Source: a virus. Taken from it: a DNA stretch of 64,000 nt. The notes under the pieces are model-generated. The model saw only the letters and a list, made by a program, of their open reading frames with translations, made no database searches and had not been told where the DNA came from. A program made the translations under genes and the position numbers. Below are positions 1 to 6,581 of the stretch, piece by piece. Every line of letters begins with the position of its first letter. Positions within the stretch are counted from its first letter, which is position 1. Where the stretch lies: positions 50,563 through 114,562 of IMG/VR virus record IMGVR_UViG_3300031111_000001, one strand, 5' to 3'.

Positions 1-544
1 CGGAAGCGATCAGGCCACTGCTGCTGCGGTCAAAGGACGCGCACTTGGAAGCGTTCAGGCCCAGCTTCGCGCCCTCGGCCTTCCCGTCGATCCCGGCAGC
101 GAGGAAGATGAAGTCCCAATTGTACTTCTCCTTCTGGTGCCGGACCATCTCGTTGATGATGGTCGCGCCGTACTCGCGAGACTGATTCTCATGGCCGTCC
201 GTGAGGACCACGAACAGGACGCGGGCGGGCCGCTCGTCTTCGGGCAAAGCGTTCAGTTCGTTGCCCACCCTGGTGATCGTGATGCCAACGGCGTCCAGCA
301 GGGCGGTCATGCCACGGGGCTGGTACGTCTCGCCCAGGATCAGGTCGGGGCAGTCCTTGATGGGCTTACGGGTGTAGATCACCTCCACCACATCATCGAA
401 CTGCGTGAGGGACAGTTCGGCCTCGTCGGGGCCGGTGCGCTGTTCGTCGAGGAAACGGTTGAACATCCCCACGGCCTCCGGGGCAATGCTGCCCATGGAG
501 CCAGAACGGTCCAGAATCACGTTGATCAGAGTCATGTCTTTCAT
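1..544 (-). CDS. vWA domain protein (3' end runs off the window)
   Basis: Manual translation from ATG 544: MKDMTLINVILDRSGSMG...PRGMTALLDAVG...FVVLTDGHENQSREY; MIDAS DxSxS, T and D motifs; not in the ORF track because truncated. Confidence 0.85.
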   Translation of the reverse strand, partial: MKDMTLINVILDRSGSMGSIAPEAVGMFNRFLDEQRTGPDEAELSLTQFDDVVEVIYTRKPIKDCPDLILGETYQPRGMTALLDAVGITITRVGNELNALPEDERPARVLFVVLTDGHENQSREYGATIINEMVRHQKEKYNWDFIFLAAGIDGKAEGAKLGLNASKCASFDRSSSGLIAS

Positions 545-546
545 GG

Positions 547-1938
547 TCAATTGTCCATCCAGTTGTACTTGTTATTCATGATGGCCTTGAGCATGACGTT
601 GGTGGGCGTCAGGCTTTCCAGACCCGCTTCCATGATCGCCTTCATCACCGCCGGGGAGTACCCGCTGACGAGGGCAGCACCAGACTGATGCTGGCGCACG
701 GGACAGTTGCCGGGCCGGGCGTTCAGGTTCCAAAACACGACGTTCGGAAGCTCGTAGCCGTACCGGGTAAACTCGGCAGTAGCGTTGGTGAAAAGGTGGT
801 TGCTGCCCGTGACACAGGAATCGAACTCCATGTCGGAGAAGATGATCAGCGTCCTGGGCATGTCCTCGGCGGGCACCTTATTCCCGACGGCCACCTTGAG
901 GATTTCTCCCATGGCCTTCTCGATGTTGGTGTTCATGCCCCAATGGGCACGCTCCAGATTCGCCTTTTTGGCAATGATGTCTCGACCATGCAGGGTGTGG
1001 AACTGCGGATTCTTAGAAAAGGTCAAGACCAAGTCCTTGAAGGCCCCGGTCTGCCGGGTGGCGATGAACAACCCCATGGCAACAGAAACGTCGAGGGCAG
1101 AGAGATTGGGAGAAATCTGCGCCCACATGGACCCGGAGACATCAACCATCGGCAGCACGCCGTTCAGGTTGGCCGGGAACGGAATGGCATCCCACTGCGC
1201 CTGGACGGCCTTCCGCTGCGTGCCCTTCAGCACGTCGTGGGGGAAGATTGCACTGGCGTTGATCTTGGCCTCGCCCTTCTCCAGAGCGTTCAGGTACGCA
1301 CCGTAGCGGTCACCGCAGTTGCGGGTGAACGCCTTCTGGTAACGGGCCGACGCGACGGACGGAACGTGGTTGAACTCGATCTTGTCCCACTCCCCGGCGC
1401 ACATCTTCTGCTCGACGGTGTTGGACAGGCCCACCAGCAGCTTGCGATACTGCTTGGGGGCCAGACCCATGAACTCGCGCAGGGCCACGGCATTGTCGCC
1501 CTTGCGGGGCATCCATTTGGCACACAGGCCGTCACCGGCTTCCAGTGCCTCGGCGATGAAGGGGAAGATGTCGTGTTCGCGCAGTTCGTCGTCCCCGAAG
1601 TGCAGGAGGTCATCCCAACGGCCCACGACGGGCACCAGCGGGATCAGTTTTTCGACCACTTCGGGCCGCTCATGGCAGAGCGTGTCCATCAGGTTGCGGA
1701 AGGTCTGGCGCTCACCGGCACCACCACGGCAGTCTCGCGCCCAGAGCAGGGTGCGGATGGCCTTGTCCTCGTCCGCGACAAAAGCGTCCCAAAAGGGATC
1801 GGAAACGTCCTTGCCACGGCTGGCCCCGATCATGAAGAACAGATCGACAAGCGGGTTCAGGGTGGTGGAGAACGCCTCCATTCCGTTGGCAGTGTGGGAG
1901 TCACGGATGTTGTTGACGCCATTGACAAACTGGTTCAT
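547..1938 (-). CDS. DUF2828 family protein (TROVE/Ro60-like helical domain + C-terminal vWA)
   Basis: Motifs RDCRGGAGER, GRWDDL, AKWMPR, YRKLL, VEQKMCA-W-I-F-VPSVA, VDVSGSM, FSDMEFD, VFWNL, SGYSP are typical of DUF2828; RBS AAGGA upstream. Confidence 0.85.
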   Translation of the reverse strand: MNQFVNGVNNIRDSHTANGMEAFSTTLNPLVDLFFMIGASRGKDVSDPFWDAFVADEDKAIRTLLWARDCRGGAGERQTFRNLMDTLCHERPEVVEKLIPLVPVVGRWDDLLHFGDDELREHDIFPFIAEALEAGDGLCAKWMPRKGDNAVALREFMGLAPKQYRKLLVGLSNTVEQKMCAGEWDKIEFNHVPSVASARYQKAFTRNCGDRYGAYLNALEKGEAKINASAIFPHDVLKGTQRKAVQAQWDAIPFPANLNGVLPMVDVSGSMWAQISPNLSALDVSVAMGLFIATRQTGAFKDLVLTFSKNPQFHTLHGRDIIAKKANLERAHWGMNTNIEKAMGEILKVAVGNKVPAEDMPRTLIIFSDMEFDSCVTGSNHLFTNATAEFTRYGYELPNVVFWNLNARPGNCPVRQHQSGAALVSGYSPAVMKAIMEAGLESLTPTNVMLKAIMNNKYNWMDN

Positions 1939-1983
1939 CTTGTTTTCCTTTTCAATGGAGGTTGTAATTGCTGAAATGAACCA
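1931..1983 (-). promoter_or_regulatory. DUF2828 mRNA leader hairpin carrying the UUCAGCAA motif and pairing with the start codon
   Basis: Minus strand TGGTTCAT-TTCAGCAA...AAGGAAAACAAG-ATGAACCA-G; 1983-1976 is complementary to 1938-1931, which includes the ATG. Confidence 0.75.
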
Positions 1984-2000
1984 TAGACAGTGGACAATAC

Positions 2001-2143
2001 AGAGTGGTGGGTTTGCATACGCGCTCTACCAGACTAAGCTACATCCCCCTGGCCCGAAGGCTTTAGTGTCGGGAGACGACAGGATTTGAACCTGCGACCT
2101 CGTCCTTCATATGGATTGCGGTTTTAGTTGCTGAAACCACTCT
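2001..2143 (-). ncRNA. Y-RNA-like unit A with circularly permuted tRNA-like domain
   Basis: AGAGTGGT-TTCAGCAA...T arm GCAGG-TTCAAAT-CCTGT; closed acceptor CGTCTCCC/GGGGGATG; D arm TA-GCTT-AGTCTGGTA-GAGC...ACCACTCT-G. Confidence 0.8.
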
Positions 2144-2152
2144 AAAAGAAGC

Positions 2153-2211
2153 GGGATGGATAACTTGAATGAATCCATTTCATTTTGTTGTTTGATTGCT
2201 GAAACCATCCC
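2153..2211 (-). ncRNA. short Y-RNA-like unit B
   Basis: GGGATGGT-TTCAGCAA...CCATCCC-G; 7-bp terminal stem. Confidence 0.7.
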
Positions 2212-2219
2212 AAACAATA

Positions 2220-2399
2220 CGGAGTGGGTTCTGTAATGCCCCTAGTGTATGGGGCCTCACCAGTGGCATCGGATGTGCCTTACAGTACGGCAAGCGAACT
2301 GGTGCCGGATTCCCACCGGATGCTCAGATTGCATTATGGATTTCAGTTCTCAAGAGACGTTGTTCCCGTGTTTTCTTGTAGAAGACTGAACCCACTCCG
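2220..2399 (-). ncRNA. Y-RNA-like unit C with divergent permuted tRNA-like domain
   Basis: 12-bp terminal stem CGGAGTGGGTTC/GAACCCACTCCG; motif variant TTCAGTC; CCGG-TGGGAAT-CCGG, CACCAGT/ACTGGTG and GCCCC-ATACACTA-GGGGC in T-acceptor-D order. Confidence 0.65.
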
Positions 2400-2407
2400 A
2401 AAGAAAC

Positions 2408-2537
2408 GGAGTACAGTTTTTGCATTACAAAGGTTCTACCAGTTGAACTACCTCCCGGTACTGTGGTTGGTCGGGAGGGGTGGACTTGAACCACCAACCG
2501 TTTGTTCCTATTGCGTTTGGCTTGCTGCATGTACTCC
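2408..2537 (-). ncRNA. Y-RNA-like unit D with circularly permuted tRNA-like domain and internal CCA
   Basis: GGAGTACA-TGCAGCAA...ACAAA-CGGTT-GGTGG-TTCAAGT-CCACC-CCTCCCG-ACCA-loop-CGGGAGG-TA-GTTC-AACTGGTA-GAAC-C-TTTGT...TGTACTCC-G. Confidence 0.85.
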
Positions 2538-2547
2538 AAAAATTTGT

Positions 2548-2621
2548 CGAGAGGTGCCGGAATTGAACCGACGTTGCCGGGTAAGGCCGCCCAGTATCCT
2601 CGCCAACTGGATGAACCTCTC
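2548..2621 (-). tRNA. tRNA-like RNA with aberrant 8-nt anticodon loop (identity unassigned)
   Basis: GAGAGGT-TC-ATCC-AGTTGGCGA-GGAT-A-CTGGG-CGGCCTTA-CCCGG-CAAC-GTCGG-TTCAATT-CCGGC-ACCTCTC-G; full cloverleaf, no encoded CCA. Confidence 0.7.
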
Positions 2622-2626
2622 GATTC

Positions 2627-2702
2627 TGGGGAGATCGGGCAGAATCGAACTTCCACTCCACGGGTCACAACCGTGTGCTTTGACCATTAAGCTACGAACT
2701 CC
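2627..2702 (-). tRNA. tRNA-His(GUG)
   Basis: Cloverleaf with G-1:C73, anticodon loop TTGTGAC, T loop TTCGATT, encoded CCA; one mismatch each in the acceptor and T stems. Confidence 0.9.
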
Positions 2703-2724
2703 ATAACGATCCCCCAAAAAAAAC

Positions 2725-2788
2725 AGGATGGGCTACTTGTCAGGTGGTTAGACCAGAGTTTTTCGCATTTGTTTGCTGAATCCATCCT
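2725..2788 (-). ncRNA. short Y-RNA-like unit G
   Basis: AGGATGGA-TTCAGCAA...CCATCCT-G. Confidence 0.7.
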
Positions 2789-2796
2789 AGCGATAC

Positions 2797-2852
2797 AGAG
2801 TGCTTACGTTTTTGCTTAACAGGCAATTGTTTTTGGTTGCTGAATGCACTCT
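2797..2852 (-). ncRNA. short Y-RNA-like unit H
   Basis: AGAGTGCA-TTCAGCAA...GCACTCT-G. Confidence 0.7.
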
Positions 2853-2854
2853 TA

Positions 2855-3125
2855 AAGATTCGCGGCCATACATCCAGTGGTTCGCGATACCACTACATCA
2901 TGATGCAGGGAGGGTCCGTTTCCATCACCGTTGTGTCACCGGGGCTCTACGGTGCGAGTGGGTGAACTATTCGCACCGTACCGCAAAAGTGGTGCGGCTT
3001 GCCTACCGCACTTGCCGGGGCTTAAACCGGATCAGGATAATCGGGAGCAGATCGGCCACATGCGCGGGCCATAGCGTTCAGCTTTCAACTTCCTTTTGCT
3101 GCTCAACCGATTTTCGTTTACTCCT
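2855..3125 (-). ncRNA. candidate structured RNA at the 5' end of the RNA operon
   Basis: Bulged stem AATCGG-TT-GAGCAG/CTGCTC-CCGATT (3039-3112); 10-bp hairpin 2948-2980; GTGCGG/CCGCAC hairpin; no convincing ORF. Confidence 0.4.
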
Positions 3126-3134
3126 TTCATCGAG

Positions 3135-3166
3135 TTAGTCGTACCGACGCCCGTGTCTGGATGAAT
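3135..3166 (-). promoter_or_regulatory. phage-specific promoter TCATCC-N17-CGACTAA, copy 1 (upstream of the RNA/DUF2828 operon)
   Basis: 32 bp identical to 6510-6541; same motif at 15062, 20326 and 20547. Confidence 0.75.
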
Positions 3167-3455
3167 GATTTTCGAAGTTTTTGAATATTTTTGAATAAAA
3201 TTTAGCTGCCAAATTTGCTTTGCATTACCGCAAGAGCGGCAATAAAGAAAATCATACCAATGAAGAATATCGGAGCAGAGCCTCCAGGGATCACCAATTC
3301 GGTTCCGCAATCAATTAAAATACTATACATTTGGCTTCCTTGTTGTCTTAGTAGGCTGGCGATCTACCACAAGGAGTTGGAACCATAATTCCAACCCCTT
3401 GGGGTGGCCGGGAATATCCCGTCCCGGCCAATCGGGCTTCGGAGGAGGGTGTGGG

Positions 3456-4703
3456 CTACTTGCCCACGGTGGGGTCCAGGGCGAGTTTCTTCGCCATGTC
3501 CACCTGAATCATGTTCAGGATGCCCATGATCTCGCTGTCGGAGCCGGTGCCACCGTTGGCACCACCGGACACGATCACGGTGTCGGGCACCTGACGCTTG
3601 GCGATGGCTCCAGCCATGTTCGCATAGACGCGCTCGTAGGTCGCCAGCTTCTTGTCGAGGGCACCGTCAGCGGCGATCCGCATCTTTGCGGCCTGGGCAT
3701 CACCCTCGGCACGCAGAATGGTGGCCTTTTTGTACTCTTCAGCGGCCTGACGATCCAGCTTGGCGACTTCCAGTTCCTGCGCGGCCTTGGTTTCGGCGAC
3801 TTCCTTGGCCTGTTCGGCCTCGGTCACCTTCTGGGCCTTGATGACCTTCTGCGCCCACTCGGCCTTGGCCGCATCGGCAGCACCCTGACGCTCGGTGGTC
3901 AGCTTATCCTGCTCGGCCTTCTTGGCATTGGCGATGGCGGTCTGCACGTCCATGGTGATCTTGCGCTGCTGCTCGATCTGGGCCTGGACCTTGTCGTCGT
4001 ACCGGATGTCGTTCACTGCGAAGTTGTAGAAAGTGATGCCAAACGCGGCGATAGGCGACTCTTCCTGACGCTTCCAGCCGCCGGGGGACTTGGGATCGGC
4101 GATGCGTTCCGTCAGGGTGACGGTCTTCGTCTCGCCGGTCAGTTCGTCCGTGATCTTCGTGTCACGGGTGGTGGTCGCATAGATGCCGAACTTGGCCTGA
4201 TCCTCGATGAAGTTTACCAGTTGGCTGCGCTTCTCGGCGTAGGACTCGCGAGACGACACCAGCGGGCCGGATGCGAAGATCGCCTTGCGCACGACGGTGC
4301 GGATCAGGTTGTCCTCGATACCGGGCATGGAGCGGTACTTTTCGTGCAGCTTCAGCATGTTGACGGGGTCAACGGGCAGATCGTAGCGCACGGAGCCGCT
4401 GACCATGGCCGTACCGGCATCGTTGAAGGTGATCTTCAGGGACTGGTCGGCGGTGCCGCCCTCGTCGGTCTGGGACGAGAACCAAAGCTGGTTCGACTTG
4501 GTGTAGTAGGTCAGGTCACCGAAAAGCTGGGCCTTGGGGCCAGCGGTAACCCATGGCGTCAGTTCGCCCGTGGTGATGGCCTGCTTGACACAGATGTTTC
4601 CGGCAGGGACATTCTCGATCAGGGAGCCGCCCATGGCGACGACCACGACCAGAATGATGCCGAACACAGCGGCCATCACACCCTTCTTGGGGGTGAATTT
4701 CAT
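3456..4703 (-). CDS. SPFH/Band-7 domain membrane protein
   Basis: N-terminal TM helix, Band-7-like core, long Ala/Glu/Lys coiled coil. Confidence 0.8.
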   Translation of the reverse strand: MKFTPKKGVMAAVFGIILVVVVAMGGSLIENVPAGNICVKQAITTGELTPWVTAGPKAQLFGDLTYYTKSNQLWFSSQTDEGGTADQSLKITFNDAGTAMVSGSVRYDLPVDPVNMLKLHEKYRSMPGIEDNLIRTVVRKAIFASGPLVSSRESYAEKRSQLVNFIEDQAKFGIYATTTRDTKITDELTGETKTVTLTERIADPKSPGGWKRQEESPIAAFGITFYNFAVNDIRYDDKVQAQIEQQRKITMDVQTAIANAKKAEQDKLTTERQGAADAAKAEWAQKVIKAQKVTEAEQAKEVAETKAAQELEVAKLDRQAAEEYKKATILRAEGDAQAAKMRIAADGALDKKLATYERVYANMAGAIAKRQVPDTVIVSGGANGGTGSDSEIMGILNMIQVDMAKKLALDPTVGK

Positions 4704-4757
4704 ACAGTTGTTCTCCTTGATGGTTGTTGAGGCGAAGGTGTTGTGGCTGTCGGGCCA

Positions 4758-5051
4758 CTAGGTGATCTTGGTGATCTTCTTCTTGGCGTCGGCCAGGGTG
4801 TCGCTGATGCTCTCGGTAACCTCTTCGGCGAGGTCTTCGGCACGGTCCTTGACGGCGTCCACGGTGTTCTTGAGCTTTTTCTGCACGTCGATCTCGGACA
4901 GCGCGATCTCGGCCTCCCGTGCCAGCTTGTTGGACTTGCTGAACAGCGGAAACAAGGCCTCACCCTTGATCATGGGCAGAGCGATCTGAGTGACGAAGAA
5001 GATCGCAAGCAGGGCGAGGCCCGCCAGCATGAAGATGTAGTACATCTTCAC
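4758..5051 (-). CDS. small membrane protein with coiled coil
   Basis: N-terminal hydrophobic helix, RBS AGGAG. Confidence 0.7.
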   Translation of the reverse strand: MKMYYIFMLAGLALLAIFFVTQIALPMIKGEALFPLFSKSNKLAREAEIALSEIDVQKKLKNTVDAVKDRAEDLAEEVTESISDTLADAKKKITKIT

Positions 5052-5227
5052 TCTCCTTTGTTTTTGGGTTTGCGGAAAATCCAGAACAGAAGGCCCGGAA
5101 TGGCGAACGCCATATAGAGAGTGCAGACCTTGTAGTGCTGGACCTGATACTCGGCCATTAGATCGGGGTTGAAGACGCCGAAGACAATCAGCAGCAGCCC
5201 CACGAAGAGATAGAGAATGACCGGCAT
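5048..5227 (-). CDS. small two-TM membrane protein (59 aa)
   Basis: Manual translation MPVILYLFVGLLLIVFG...; stop overlaps next start. Confidence 0.55.
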   Translation of the reverse strand: MPVILYLFVGLLLIVFGVFNPDLMAEYQVQHYKVCTLYMAFAIPGLLFWIFRKPKNKGE

Positions 5228-5314
5228 GGCCTAGCCCCCTTTCTGGCGATTGATTGCAGGTTGAAGGATCATTCAGGCCTTTCCGCTGCGAAGGTGTTGT
5301 GTATTTCCTGCGCT

Positions 5315-5836
5315 TTAGCCAAACGAAACCACCAGTTCATGCTCCTTGAGCGCATGGTAGGAGGCTACGGCGTCAGCGATGTGTTCAAAGCGATTCTTGA
5401 ACTTCGGCCATTGGAAATCGGGGTAAAGGGCGCGGACAGCGTCCATCATCTGGTCCTTCTCAGCACCGCGAAGGCCAGTTAGAGCTTTCTTTCCGGCCAA
5501 AGGGGTAGACCATGCGTGTTTGATCTCCCGCATGGAGACGACCACGGCCACTACAGCGGTTGCCATCGCCATCTGGGTGGCCGCACTGGCTGATTGCGCA
5601 CCGCCCGTTGGGAGTTCCCCGATGATTGCCTGGGGTTTGTACTTGTTGATGACCTCGATCAGCCCGGCGGCAAGCCCCTGCGATCTACGGACATTGTCAT
5701 CGGCGACTCGAAACTTGCTCTTGGAAAGCCCAAGCTCGTTCTTCTTCGTCTTGATGCACCCGCAGTCAATGGGCTTGCCGCCGTCGAAGGCACACCATCC
5801 CGTGTTGGCGAAACCAACGTCCAGGGCGATCAGCAT
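5315..5836 (-). CDS. ruvC: RuvC-like Holliday junction resolvase
   Basis: MLIALDVGFANTGW, IIGE, KKALTG-A-K-QM and EHIADAVA motifs; start trimmed to ATG 5836. Confidence 0.85.
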   Translation of the reverse strand: MLIALDVGFANTGWCAFDGGKPIDCGCIKTKKNELGLSKSKFRVADDNVRRSQGLAAGLIEVINKYKPQAIIGELPTGGAQSASAATQMAMATAVVAVVVSMREIKHAWSTPLAGKKALTGLRGAEKDQMMDAVRALYPDFQWPKFKNRFEHIADAVASYHALKEHELVVSFG

Positions 5837-6456
5837 TCCTTGCGGTTGGCCGGGAGCATGCAGAGCAGCTTGATCTTCTCGGCGTCGAGGACTTTGCCGC
5901 TCTCGACGCTGTACCACTCGTTGCAGAGGATGCAGCGGGCACCCGTGCCATCGGCGACGAGCTTGCCGCCACAGGGGCAGAGCTTCATGAGGTGGCCGTA
6001 CATGCCCTGAAGGATGGAGTTGGTGATGTCCTGGGAGCCATAGGCAAACGGCTTGTCCTCGACGATCTCGCCGTCATCCTCCAGGCCCGGATGAACCTTG
6101 TCCTTGTAGCACTCGCCGTCGATCTCGCAGGCGGTGCCCTGATCGACGACGCCACGGCACAGACACTCGCCGTCGTCGCACGCGGAACAGTCCACTTCGA
6201 CGTTCTCGATCTCGCAGACCTCGTCCTTCATGAGGGTTTCGGTGGCTTCGTGGCTGGACGGGGACAGGATAAAGTTGCCCTTGTCGTAGTTGATCATGAG
6301 GCCGCGAACATCGTCCAGCAGGGACTCGTTGATGACCATGGGCCTGCCGGTGCGTTTCTTGTAAAGGCTGGCGAGAGCGGCCAGCAGTGCCACCTCCAGG
6401 GTGAGTTCCTTTCCGTTCACGACGACCTTGTCGCCGTAGATCGCTTCGATCTGCAT
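5830..6456 (-). CDS. hypothetical Cys-rich (Zn-ribbon) protein
   Basis: RBS AGGAG; CSAC, CPCG and CILC motifs. Confidence 0.7.
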   Translation of the reverse strand: MQIEAIYGDKVVVNGKELTLEVALLAALASLYKKRTGRPMVINESLLDDVRGLMINYDKGNFILSPSSHEATETLMKDEVCEIENVEVDCSACDDGECLCRGVVDQGTACEIDGECYKDKVHPGLEDDGEIVEDKPFAYGSQDITNSILQGMYGHLMKLCPCGGKLVADGTGARCILCNEWYSVESGKVLDAEKIKLLCMLPANRKEC

Positions 6457-6509
6457 CGTGTCTCCTTGAATGTTGTTGTGCTGCGAAGTGTTTCAGTCTG
6501 CTCGTCGGA

Positions 6510-6541
6510 TTAGTCGTACCGACGCCCGTGTCTGGATGAAT
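6510..6541 (-). promoter_or_regulatory. phage-specific promoter, copy 2
   Basis: ATTCATCCAGACACGGGCGTCGGTACGACTAA, intergenic, upstream of ATG 6456. Confidence 0.75.
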
Positions 6542-6581
6542 ATTTCAGAAGAAATTTTAATTTTTCTTCTAGTGACCTGGA

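Noticed and set aside
2260-2325. Cobalamin riboswitch-like words in unit C (CCGGTG-GGAA-TCCGG, ACTGTAA, GCCACTG on minus)
   Set aside because: It lacks the upstream GGGAA and the B12 box and is not adjacent to a CDS. The same bases are explained by the T-arm/acceptor pairing of a permuted tRNA-like fold. An Rfam scan would settle it.
2548-2621. Calling this tRNA-Gly(GCC)
   Set aside because: The loop is 8 nt without U33 or purine 37, so no anticodon can be assigned reliably.
1960-2860. CRISPR array interpretation of the recurring TTGCTGAA
   Set aside because: The shared sequence is only 8 nt, spacing is very irregular, the flanks covary as stems, and no cas genes are present.
2196-3310. Short ORFs across the RNA region (2224-2706, 2324-2668, 2800-3138, 3032-3310 etc.)
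   Set aside because: They overlap tRNAs and structured RNAs, lack phage-like codon usage and show no recognisable motifs.
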